DNA of 64,000 nt from positions 5,061,088 through 5,125,087 of the forward strand of contig OZ241983.1 in the NCBI GenBank assembly GCA_965204355.1. Direction: 5' to 3'. The position numbers and the translations under genes are program-made. Shown one piece after another: positions 28,107-37,090 of the stretch. How positions within the stretch are numbered: the first letter of the stretch is position 1; each line of letters starts with the position of its first letter. This DNA comes from Candidatus Poribacteria bacterium. GTDB taxonomy: Bacteria; Poribacteria; WGA-4E; PCPOR2b. The notes under the pieces were generated by a model. The model searched no databases, was not told the DNA's origin, and saw only the letters and a program-made list of their open reading frames with translations.

Positions 28107-28925
28107 ATGAAAATTGCTTATGCTCGACGTGAAGAGATGGAAGAAATCAGCAGCGTCCATGCCGGGGCAAACTCGATCCTGTTCAAAAGTCTTTTTGGAA
28201 GCGATGATTTTGGAACCCCATGGCGGTTTATCCATAGCGCAATCCTGCTGCCCGGCGGTGGTATCGGTCACCATCGACACGACACCGCCGAGGAAGTTTT
28301 CGTCACGGTTGACAACGCAGCCCAGTTTACCCACAACGGTCGCACAGCGGAGATTGTCGGCGGCGCAGCCGTTCCGTTACGTCAAGGCGAATCCCACGCC
28401 ATTTACAACCACACCGACAAAGAGACGCGATGGTTCAATTTCAACGTCACAGCGGTTGGTGTGCCCGCAGATTCAACCGATTTCGGCGATGACCGTGTCA
28501 ACGCGCCGTTGGAGTCGATTGATCGTCTGCCTGTCGCTCGGTTGGATCGCAATCTACTGACCTACAGCCGGTCACATGAGGGCAAAGGCGAAATTGCCGC
28601 TCGGATGTTGTGGCAACATCAAGATTTCCGCAACAACTGGGGATTCGTCGGTCATGCTGTGTTACCACCCGGCACCTCTGTCGGCTATCATCGACACGAT
28701 CGTATTGAGGAAGCATACATTATCCTGAACGGCAGCGGTCGGATGACCGTTGATGATGAAACGGAGGAGGTCTACGAAGGCGCGGCAATTCCCAATCGGC
28801 TTGGGGGATCACACGGTCTCTATAATCACACGCAGGACGACCTTGAGATGCTTGTGGTCGCTGTATGCCTTGAACGTGGCAAGACCGACGCCACCAATTT
28901 CGGGGATGATTTGACGACGCGATAA
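28107..28925 (+). CDS. bicupin (two cupin domains) protein
   Basis: Two G-x-H-x-H cupin motifs are present: GGGIGHHRHDTAEEVF and GTSVGYHRHDRIEEAYIILNGSG. An AAGGGGAG ribosome-binding site lies upstream. Confidence 0.65.
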   Translation: MKIAYARREEMEEISSVHAGANSILFKSLFGSDDFGTPWRFIHSAILLPGGGIGHHRHDTAEEVFVTVDNAAQFTHNGRTAEIVGGAAVPLRQGESHAIYNHTDKETRWFNFNVTAVGVPADSTDFGDDRVNAPLESIDRLPVARLDRNLLTYSRSHEGKGEIAARMLWQHQDFRNNWGFVGHAVLPPGTSVGYHRHDRIEEAYIILNGSGRMTVDDETEEVYEGAAIPNRLGGSHGLYNHTQDDLEMLVVAVCLERGKTDATNFGDDLTTR

Positions 28926-29130
28926 CTTATAGCGAACACCAAAAACAGATAGACACTTTCATCCCCCGGTAGGTGCGGTTTCCAACCACACCGCATCGGC
29001 ACAGTTTGAAACAGTGCCTACCAAATCCCGACTAATCGGGATCCCGTGACTACGGGACGAGGAGAACGGTAGGGGCAGTTTCTTAACCACACCGGTTTGG
29101 AGTGTCTCATTCATTCCAAGATCTACCATA
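28925..29130. repeat. MITE-like element, family A, long form; near-identical to 30121-30319
   Basis: Shares the internal segment ctaccaaatcccgactaatcgggatcccgtgactacgggacgaggagaacggtagg with the copy on the other side of the phosphoesterase gene. Confidence 0.6.
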
Positions 29131-29131
29131 G

Positions 29132-30115
29132 TTGATGAGAATTCTAAAATCTCTTTTTCTTATTCTGGTCAGTTGCCTAATCCTTTGTCTCAGTGCCTTG
29201 GAGACGGCAGAAGCCAAATCGCTTGCTGACTATCCGAATCAGGTAACGCGAGATGGAGCGTTGGTTGTCCTGCCTGACAAAGGCACCGTGTATGTTGCAA
29301 CGGACTTTCAGGCGCAGTGGAGCAATTTCAGTCGATGGCTGACACAGACAAAATTGGTGGAGCGGATTGAAGCAGGGGAAGATGTCTACGGGTTGATCCT
29401 CGGCGATGCGGTTGATCATAAACCGGGTGATCCGATCTTTGAGCCTTACGGTGATGTGAAAATTGTCGATCGGATTATGCAGCTCCAAGAGCAGTTGGGA
29501 GAAGAACGTCTCATCTATATCAGAGGGAATCACGAATTTGCCTCCGCTGATGCGTATGCCATGCTCAAAAAAGCCGGTATGAACCCGGATAACCGCCGTG
29601 ATATGATTGCTCAGCTTTATCAGACCGCCCACGGTCCCTACTTCAAGCAGTTCAATTTTATTGAGCGGATGACGGATGAACACTACAATTACCTGACCAG
29701 TCTCCCAACAATCGCTATCGGCAAAAACGGATTTGTCGGTGTCCATGCCGGGACATCGCGTTCTGCCAAAAACCTCGCTGACCTCGTTAATCCGAGCAAA
29801 AAGGTGCTTGACGAATTGCTCTGGGGACGCCCTACCGTCGCGCTGAGCAGTGGATACACCCCATCTCACACGGCTGAATTCCTCAAAAGAATCGGAGGTC
29901 GAGTGTTAGCCGTTGGACACACGCCGGTGAGTGTTTTCCCTGAAGAGGAGATCAGTGATGGCGTGGCACGACTCGGAGAGCACCAGATTATCTTCTCAAC
30001 CGGTTATGGTGCGTCGCCGGGGGTACGCTCTTATCTCGCTATCGATCTCTCCAAACGCTACAACGCTGTCACTGAACTGCGATACGGTACGGAGATTCAG
30101 CCACTGCGTCCCTGA
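29132..30115 (+). CDS. secreted calcineurin-like metallophosphoesterase
   Basis: A signal peptide MRILKSLFLILVSC is followed by the GDAVDH and GNHE phosphoesterase motifs. Confidence 0.6.
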   Translation: MMRILKSLFLILVSCLILCLSALETAEAKSLADYPNQVTRDGALVVLPDKGTVYVATDFQAQWSNFSRWLTQTKLVERIEAGEDVYGLILGDAVDHKPGDPIFEPYGDVKIVDRIMQLQEQLGEERLIYIRGNHEFASADAYAMLKKAGMNPDNRRDMIAQLYQTAHGPYFKQFNFIERMTDEHYNYLTSLPTIAIGKNGFVGVHAGTSRSAKNLADLVNPSKKVLDELLWGRPTVALSSGYTPSHTAEFLKRIGGRVLAVGHTPVSVFPEEEISDGVARLGEHQIIFSTGYGASPGVRSYLAIDLSKRYNAVTELRYGTEIQPLRP

Positions 30116-30120
30116 AGACT

Positions 30121-30319
30121 TATGTGAATTCTAAAAACAGATAGACACTTTCGTCCCCCCGATAGGTTCGTATTCTCCCCGCACCACATCGGCACAGTTG
30201 GAAACAGTGCCTACCAAATCCCGACTAATCGGGATCCCGTGACTACGGGACGAGGAGAACGGTAGGTGCGGTTTCTAACCGCACCGGTTTGGAGTGTCTC
30301 ATTTCTAAGATCCACTATA
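30121..30319. repeat. MITE-like element, family A, long form; a direct copy of 28925-29130
   Basis: Same orientation and internal sequence as the upstream copy. Confidence 0.6.
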
Positions 30320-30343
30320 ATTGCGCTTCACCAAGGGTCCCTC

Positions 30344-31249
30344 ATGTCACGTTTATTAGTCTACGTTATGTTACCGGTACTCATCGCCTGCGCCCTCATC
30401 GCCTCCCGATTCGTGAGTTGGGATAGCCTGAAAGGGGAAGATCCCCAGGCGCTCCAGTTCGTCGTCAAGGGGACAGAATTCCTGGGACGGCAATCAGACC
30501 GCGATAACCGCAGCGCGGTCTCCGCCTTCACCCGTGCGATTGAAGTCAGCCCAAAATACGCGGAAGCCTACGTTAAACGGGGACTTGCTCACTATCGTCT
30601 GGGCGAATATCTAAAAGCAATTGATGATTATACGCAGACATTGAGCCTGAATCGGTACGCAGCCGACGCCTATTACAGTCGTGGGGATGCCCATCGCGCT
30701 TTGGGCGATTATCAGCGAGCGCTCGCAGATTACACCGCATCGTTGGAAAAAAGATGGGCGGGTTTTGTAACATGGAAGCGGGCGGAAGCCTATCTGGAGA
30801 TGGGAGATACACAACGCGCACTTGAGGATTATGGAGCGGTTATTGAGCGTAAACCCGGTGCCGCAGCCTACTATTACCGGGGGATTGCGTACACGCGGCT
30901 GGGGAAAAATCAGCTTGCGCTCGCAGACTTTGGCAAGGCAATCGAGATTGAACCGGCGTTTGCGGAGGCATATCTCCGACGGGGCGAAATGTATCTTCGA
31001 TTAAATCAACTGGACGCAGCGGAATCTGACTATCACAAAGTCGTCCAGCTTTCAACCGATGAGATTCAGGGATGGGGAGAAGGGCATCCGACGTTAGGTC
31101 CAATCTATTTCCGTAGAGCATCCGCATATCAGCGGTTAGGTCGTTACGACGATGCCCACGCCGACTATGAGCAGGTCCTCGCGCTTCAACCGGGATCAGA
31201 AATTGCACAAAAAGCAGCAGGGAAGTTGAGTATAGGAATGGCTGAGTGA
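30344..31249 (+). CDS. TPR-repeat protein with an N-terminal membrane anchor
   Basis: At least 7 TPR-like 34-aa repeats are present (AEAYVKRGLAHYRLGEYLKAIDDY and similar). The N-terminal hydrophobic segment is LLVYVMLPVLIACALIA. Confidence 0.7.
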   Translation: MSRLLVYVMLPVLIACALIASRFVSWDSLKGEDPQALQFVVKGTEFLGRQSDRDNRSAVSAFTRAIEVSPKYAEAYVKRGLAHYRLGEYLKAIDDYTQTLSLNRYAADAYYSRGDAHRALGDYQRALADYTASLEKRWAGFVTWKRAEAYLEMGDTQRALEDYGAVIERKPGAAAYYYRGIAYTRLGKNQLALADFGKAIEIEPAFAEAYLRRGEMYLRLNQLDAAESDYHKVVQLSTDEIQGWGEGHPTLGPIYFRRASAYQRLGRYDDAHADYEQVLALQPGSEIAQKAAGKLSIGMAE

Positions 31250-31254
31250 GTCAG

Positions 31255-31340
31255 TATTGGTTCATACCAAAAGAAAATGCAAAATGCGAAGATAAACCGA
31301 GTTTTTTCTTCAAAACTCGGTTTCTTTGCACTATTTCTTA
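31255..31340. repeat. short family C repeat containing a hairpin that probably acts as a terminator
   Basis: Sequence aaaatgcaaaatgcgaag-aaaccgagttttttcttcaaaactcggtttctttgcac-tatttcttaacatgag. The hairpin aaaccgagtttt/aaaactcggttt precedes a T-rich tract. Confidence 0.45.
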
Positions 31341-31391
31341 ACATGAGTCCCGGTACTTTCCATTCCAGTGGGAAACCCGAGAGATTCGATC

Positions 31392-31817
31392 ATGCCACAC
31401 GAATACCGCACAAAACGCCGAATAGAATTCTCCGACACCGACATGGCGGGCATTGTCCACTTTGCACGGTTCTTTGTATTTATGGAATCCGCTGAACATG
31501 AATTCCTCCGTTCATTAGGAACAAGTGTCGCTACGGAATGGGAGGGAAACAAAATCGGTTGGCCCCGACTATCAGCCTCCTGTGAATATCTCAAACCAGT
31601 CAAATTTGAAGATGAACTGGAAATCCACCTGACGATTGCCAGAAAAGGGACCAAATCCCTCACCTATCAATTCGTTTTTACGAAAGACGACGTAGAAATT
31701 GCTCACGGTCAATTGACGGCGGCGTGCTGCATCTGCAACCTCGGCGAAAAGCTGAGAGCCATCCCGATACCAGATTTTATCGCCGATCAGATCGAAGCAG
31801 CGAACTGTGAAACGTAA
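31392..31817 (+). CDS. acyl-CoA thioesterase (hotdog fold, YbgC/4HBT-like)
   Basis: Contains RIEFSDTDMAGIVHFARFFVFMESAEHEFL, the 4HBT thioesterase signature. Confidence 0.7.
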   Translation: MPHEYRTKRRIEFSDTDMAGIVHFARFFVFMESAEHEFLRSLGTSVATEWEGNKIGWPRLSASCEYLKPVKFEDELEIHLTIARKGTKSLTYQFVFTKDDVEIAHGQLTAACCICNLGEKLRAIPIPDFIADQIEAANCET

Positions 31818-31859
31818 AACGTATCCGGTTCTTCAATGAACCGATGCACCAATGAACCA

Positions 31860-32534
31860 ATGAACTCTCTCAAAGTATCCGACATCTACAAAAACTTCGA
31901 TACTGAAACACAACAGGTTGAAGTGCTTCGTGGTATTTCGTTTGAAATGGCGCAAGGTGAATCCCTCGCTATCACCGGTCCCTCTGGATCCGGTAAAAGT
32001 ACGCTGCTGCACCTAATCGGTACACTGGATCGACCCTCGTCAGGACAGATTGAGATTAACGGTGAAGATCCGTTTGGACTCGCAGAGCCACAACTCGCCA
32101 GATTTCGGAATCAGGGGATCGGCTTTGTCTTTCAGGATCACCATCTGTTGCCACAGTATTCTGTCTGGGAAAACGTACTGATTCCCACCATGGCTTTCAA
32201 GAGCCGAGATGGGGATACCGAAACACGCGCACGGGAACTCCTCGAACGGGTTGGACTTGCCCACCGTTTGAGCCATCGACCAGCAGAGCTCTCCGGCGGC
32301 GAACGGCAACGCGTAGCCGTGGCGCGTGCCCTAATCAACTCACCCAGCCTCATCCTCTGCGACGAACCTACAGGCAACCTCGATCGCGCCATCGCAGATG
32401 GGGTGTCGTCCCTGTTGTTTGAACTACACCAAGCCGAACAGAACATTCTGATCGTAGTCACTCACAGCCTTGAACTCGCATCTCGCTTTGAACGACGTTT
32501 TGAATTGGAGGCGGGTAGATGCGCCGAAGTTTAA
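31860..32534 (+). CDS. ABC transporter ATP-binding protein (LolD/MacB-type)
   Basis: Walker [10 protein letters not shown], signature [15 protein letters not shown] and Walker [12 protein letters not shown]. The gene overlaps the downstream permease by 16 nt. Confidence 0.8.
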   Translation: MNSLKVSDIYKNFDTETQQVEVLRGISFEMAQGESLAITGPSGSGKSTLLHLIGTLDRPSSGQIEINGEDPFGLAEPQLARFRNQGIGFVFQDHHLLPQYSVWENVLIPTMAFKSRDGDTETRARELLERVGLAHRLSHRPAELSGGERQRVAVARALINSPSLILCDEPTGNLDRAIADGVSSLLFELHQAEQNILIVVTHSLELASRFERRFELEAGRCAEV

Positions 32535-35500
32535 GCTATTTCTGGCGAATTCAGCTTGCTGTGTTGCTCGGAGCTGCGGTCGCGACCGCGGTACTCACAG
32601 GCGCGCTGCTTGTTGGTGACTCCGTCCGGGGCAGTCTGCGCGATCTCACCTTGGATCGATTGGGGAGGATTGACTACGCGCTCGTATCAGAACGGTTTTT
32701 TCGCGAAGAATTAGCGGCCGATCTATCCCTCAAATTGGAGGGTGAAACGCAATTTCATCGGGAAACGGTGCCAGCTATTCTTCTCAACGGCACCGCTGTC
32801 AACCCCAAGACCAAGGCGCGCGCCTCTCGTGTCCAGATCCAGGGAATTGATGAGCGATTCGCAGATTTGTGGGAGGACGCTTCGAGCCAATCCGCCCCCT
32901 CTTCGGAAAAACAGTCGGATCAGCTTTTTCCATCGGTCCACATAAACCAATCCCTGCAGAACGAATTAGATATAACAGTTGGCGAGCAAGTTCTACTCTC
33001 CTTTGAAAGATACAGCAACGTCCATCGGGAATCTTTGCTCGGTCACCGGGATTCATCGGAGGTCCTTCAAACCCTTCGGCTGACCGTTACGAAAATCCTT
33101 CCAGACGGTGGCGTTGCCAGCTTTGGATTGCGTCCCAATCAGAACCGCCCGCTGAACGCCTACATCCCTTTGACAGTTTTGCAAAAAGCGATCGGGGGTG
33201 AAGCACAGGTCAACGCGATTTTCGTTTCTGCTGGCGCCTCCAACTCCTCCGATCCCACTACAACAGATGCGCTTCCTGCTTTACAAAATAGGCTGCATCA
33301 GGCTTTGAAGTTAGAGGATCTCGGTTTAATCCTGCGTCACGTCTCTGCCGAGTCTATCGGGGGAGTGGGATACCTCTCCCTTGAAAGCACACAATTTCTG
33401 CTCAAGCCCGCTGTCATTGAAGCTGCCCGATCGGTTGCGATTGAGCGGCGGACGTTGTTTCTGCCAATCTTGACCTACCTCGCCAACACCATTGCAGCCA
33501 ATGGACGAACGATTCCGTATTCAACGATTACGGGATTAGATACGCAGCGCGCATTTTCTCTGGAGTTGACCGACGGTTCAGCTGCCCCTCCACTCGCCGA
33601 TGACGAAATCCTCCTCAACGAATGGGCTGCCACAGATTTAGGCGCAGCGGTTGGAGACCAGATTGATATCAGCTATTACATCGTGGGTCCGGGAGAAAAG
33701 TTATCGACACGAGGCGCACAATTCCGATTGAAGGGGGTCGTCGCGATAGAGGGGTTAGCCGCCGATCGGGGACTGACACCAGAATTTCCGGGAATCCATG
33801 AAGCGGCTGACATGTCTGAGTGGAACGCACCCTTTCCGATAGATCTTAACCGTATTCGCCCAAAAGATGAGGTGTACTGGGATCTCTTCCGGGCGACTCC
33901 CAAAGCGTTCATTTCAGGAACAGCAGCACAACATCTGTGGCATAGTCGGTTCGGAGATTTAACCGCGGTTCAGATCCGGACACTTTTTGGCGTAGATCTG
34001 CAAACAATCCAAACTCACTTTCAGAGGCGGCTGCTGGACAGAATCCATCCAGAACAGGTCGGTTTGGTATTTCAACCGGTTAAAGCGGACGGTCTAGCAG
34101 CTGCTACCGGCGCAACAGACTTTAGCGCCCTCTTTATCGGATTCAGTCTATTCCTCATCGCATCCGCTGCACTTCTGGTCGGATTGCTCTTTAGACTCGG
34201 CGTCGAACAACGGGCGAGCGAAATCGGGGTTCTGCTCGCTGCGGGGTATCCCATCTCCGTTGTCCGCCGACGTTTTATGAAGGAAGGTGGGTTAATCGCT
34301 GGAATTGGTGGATTGATCGGGCTGGGAGGCGGCGTTATTTACGCGTGGTTGTTGATGGCTGGATTACGGACGTGGTGGTTAGCCGCGGTAGGGACCCCTT
34401 TTCTAACTTTACACATCAACCCATTAAGCTTGGTTCTGGGGTATCTGATTGCACTTGTTGTAATCCTATTCTCAATCGGTTGGACCGTGCGACAACTCGG
34501 CAGGGTGCCTATTCCCACGCTAATTGCCGGCGGATCAAGCGCCGATGGGCTCTCCAGTCGAAGTTCGGGAGTCCGCGCTCGAAGCCAAATCCTTGCTTTT
34601 ACCAGTTTAGGAATCGCCCTTGCTTTAACGGTATTTGCCCTCGTCTCCGATGCCACCGCTTTGACCGGACTGTTTTTCGGGAGTGGTGTGTTGTTGCTGA
34701 TTGCGGGACTGTCCTTCTTCTCCATCTGGTTGCGGTCAGGTAGGAGAGCAGTGAGTTCGCCCAAAGTTGCTACAACCGCGCAGATGGGGATCAAAAATAG
34801 TGGACGCCAGTCGGGACGCAGTATGCTCTGTGCCGCGTTGGTTGGCTGTGCGTGCTTCGTCATTGTCGCGGTGGGTGCGAACCGTCAGATCGAACAAAAG
34901 CAGGAAACGGTATCACAGAAAGCCGCCGGGGCAGGTGGTTTTGCGTTAATCGCTGAATCCGACATCCCGCTACATCATGACCTCAATTCTCAGGCAGGGC
35001 GATTTGAGTTAGGATTTTCCGAATCTGACTCGGACGCCACGGCTCAGGCTCAAATCTTCCCGTTCCGCGTCCTGCCGGGAGAAGATGCAAGCTGCCTCAA
35101 TCTTTATCGGCCCCAAAAGCCTCGCGTTCTGGGAGTATCAGACGATTTTATTGAGCGGGGCGGATTTCAATTTCAGGCAACAGTTGTGGCAAAGGAGAAT
35201 CCGTGGGAATTACTCGAACATGAGTTGGAGCCCGGCGTTATTCCAGCCATCGGGGATTACAATTCAGTCCAATGGATCTTGCACCTCGGGCTTGGCGATG
35301 AGCTGAGCATCCAAGACGAATTGGGAGAGCCATTAAAGCTTCGGTTGGTCGGAGTTCTGCAGCGCAGTGTTTTTCAGAGTGAGTTGCTAATCTCCGACGC
35401 CAATTTCAAGAAACATTTTCCAAGCCAAAGTGGATATGCGTATTTCTTGATTCAGGCACCTCCAACGCCCAATCCAACGGGGGTGTCCGAAAGCGCAGAA

Positions 35501-35980
35501 CACATTGGGCACACACTCGAAAAAACGTTGGAGGATTACGGATTGGATGTCACGTCAGCGACTGAAAAATTAGCCAGCTATCGAGTCGTTGAAAATACCT
35601 ATCTCTCTACCTTCCAGACGCTCGGCGGGCTGGGGCTACTTCTCGGTACGCTAGGTCTGGGGATTGTGCTGCTGAGGAACGTCATTGAGCGAAGTGGAGA
35701 ATTAGCAACGCTGCGCGCCTTCGGTTTTCGGAGGGCTACCCTGTCGCTGATGCTTCTATCGGAAAACGGGTTTCTGCTGTTAATCGGGATTCTGATTGGC
35801 ACCGCCTCTGCGCTCATCGCAGTGGTACCGCACCTGACGACCCCCGGGGTTCAGGTGCCATGGCTTTCGCTCGCGATGACGTTAGTTTCGGTATTTCTCG
35901 TTGGTACGGTTGCTAGTGCTACCGCTGTCTACTTTGCCCTGCGAAGACCGCTACTGCCTGCACTGAAACATGACGCTTGA
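32519..35980 (+). CDS. FtsX-like ABC permease, very long (1153 aa) with duplicated FtsX modules
   Basis: Two 4-transmembrane FtsX/MacB-like modules are separated by large extracytoplasmic domains. The gene is translationally coupled to the ATPase. Confidence 0.7.
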   Translation: MRRSLSYFWRIQLAVLLGAAVATAVLTGALLVGDSVRGSLRDLTLDRLGRIDYALVSERFFREELAADLSLKLEGETQFHRETVPAILLNGTAVNPKTKARASRVQIQGIDERFADLWEDASSQSAPSSEKQSDQLFPSVHINQSLQNELDITVGEQVLLSFERYSNVHRESLLGHRDSSEVLQTLRLTVTKILPDGGVASFGLRPNQNRPLNAYIPLTVLQKAIGGEAQVNAIFVSAGASNSSDPTTTDALPALQNRLHQALKLEDLGLILRHVSAESIGGVGYLSLESTQFLLKPAVIEAARSVAIERRTLFLPILTYLANTIAANGRTIPYSTITGLDTQRAFSLELTDGSAAPPLADDEILLNEWAATDLGAAVGDQIDISYYIVGPGEKLSTRGAQFRLKGVVAIEGLAADRGLTPEFPGIHEAADMSEWNAPFPIDLNRIRPKDEVYWDLFRATPKAFISGTAAQHLWHSRFGDLTAVQIRTLFGVDLQTIQTHFQRRLLDRIHPEQVGLVFQPVKADGLAAATGATDFSALFIGFSLFLIASAALLVGLLFRLGVEQRASEIGVLLAAGYPISVVRRRFMKEGGLIAGIGGLIGLGGGVIYAWLLMAGLRTWWLAAVGTPFLTLHINPLSLVLGYLIALVVILFSIGWTVRQLGRVPIPTLIAGGSSADGLSSRSSGVRARSQILAFTSLGIALALTVFALVSDATALTGLFFGSGVLLLIAGLSFFSIWLRSGRRAVSSPKVATTAQMGIKNSGRQSGRSMLCAALVGCACFVIVAVGANRQIEQKQETVSQKAAGAGGFALIAESDIPLHHDLNSQAGRFELGFSESDSDATAQAQIFPFRVLPGEDASCLNLYRPQKPRVLGVSDDFIERGGFQFQATVVAKENPWELLEHELEPGVIPAIGDYNSVQWILHLGLGDELSIQDELGEPLKLRLVGVLQRSVFQSELLISDANFKKHFPSQSGYAYFLIQAPPTPNPTGVSESAEHIGHTLEKTLEDYGLDVTSATEKLASYRVVENTYLSTFQTLGGLGLLLGTLGLGIVLLRNVIERSGELATLRAFGFRRATLSLMLLSENGFLLLIGILIGTASALIAVVPHLTTPGVQVPWLSLAMTLVSVFLVGTVASATAVYFALRRPLLPALKHDA

Positions 35981-35991
35981 TTCGAGGACGC

Positions 35992-36738
35992 TCACTCCTC
36001 CTGAACCACATCGGGGCGTTGACCGATAGAGGGTGGCGCCAACATTCGCTTCTGCTGCTCCGTCAGGTCGTCGAATTCGTCCAGATCGTAGTAGTTTTGC
36101 GACCAAGCCGAGTGTCCGGGGCTATACTTATAGAGCAGGGATCGCCGCTCATGTTTGGCGTTCCACTGCATCGTTCCATGGATGAGCGCTTCTGTGAAGA
36201 ACAGGGCATCCCCCGCCTCGACCGCCGGTTGAACGACATAGTGCATTGGACGTTCATAATTACGGATATCGTCGGGTAAACTTGAGACAAAATTGGTTTT
36301 ATGGCTGCCCGGAATACACGCAAAGCCGCCGTCGCCTTCTGCCGCATCTGTCAAGAAATACGTAACGACACTCAACCCATTGCGCATCACGCCGTCCCAA
36401 TATTTGTACCAATGGTCACCGACAACTTCGGGACCTCCATGCAGCCTGCCGCTCTGACCCCCTTCGGTCATGAAAATGCAGTAGTCGTGATCGAGTCGCA
36501 CCTTGGGACCCATTAACTCTATCAGATAGGGCAACACCTTGGGGTGATCTATCAGCTTTTTGTACGGTTCCCCCCAGCACGAAACTCGACTGGCACGACG
36601 GTAACGCGTATCATCGCCTTCGGGAGGGAAGGCACGATCGGCGATTTCGTTCATCTCCGCAACTTCATCGGCGGACAACACATTCTTGATAATCAGATAG
36701 CCTTCGAGATCGAAGCTAAATCTCTCTTCACCGGTCAT
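35992..36738 (-). CDS. phytanoyl-CoA dioxygenase (PhyH) family protein
   Basis: Contains GGFACIPGSHKTN and a C-terminal 2OG-Fe(II) dioxygenase pattern. Confidence 0.75.
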   Translation of the reverse strand: MTGEERFSFDLEGYLIIKNVLSADEVAEMNEIADRAFPPEGDDTRYRRASRVSCWGEPYKKLIDHPKVLPYLIELMGPKVRLDHDYCIFMTEGGQSGRLHGGPEVVGDHWYKYWDGVMRNGLSVVTYFLTDAAEGDGGFACIPGSHKTNFVSSLPDDIRNYERPMHYVVQPAVEAGDALFFTEALIHGTMQWNAKHERRSLLYKYSPGHSAWSQNYYDLDEFDDLTEQQKRMLAPPSIGQRPDVVQEE

Positions 36739-37090
36739 AACGCGACTCCTTGCATAAAATGTGATGTGTCAATATAAAGCACGGATTTTTTGGGATTGCA
36801 GTATATATTACAACGGTTGGTTATGGTATAATAGCATAAATTAATCGGTATCCAAAATCCCTCAAGTTACCGTTAAATTAAATTGTTTGCAACTTTTCGC
36901 TCCAGTTTTGAATCCCGAACCGCACCGGTGCCGACTCAGCTTGCCCCGATGCAATCGGGGAGCATCTCCCGAAAAATCGGGATTTGGCGTGTCTCATTAA
37001 TTCTAAGGTCCACTATAGTAAGCCACGATGAGTCTAACACAAAAAGACATTTCTGTGAAGGCGTTTTTTCTAAAAGGAAGGATTCCAAAC

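Noticed and set aside
29132-29160. The signal peptide of the metallophosphoesterase may be partly MITE-derived (ttgatgagaattctaaaatc resembles the gtgaattctaaaa terminus).
   Set aside because: The similarity is limited to about 12 nt. It is too short to separate from chance, so it is mentioned only as context for the flanking-MITE finding.
31277-31495. 72-aa ORF starting at the ttcttaacATGa end of the family C repeat and overlapping the thioesterase start.
   Set aside because: It is out of frame with the well-supported thioesterase (start 31392, conserved motifs) and largely repeat-derived. The ATG is fortuitous here.
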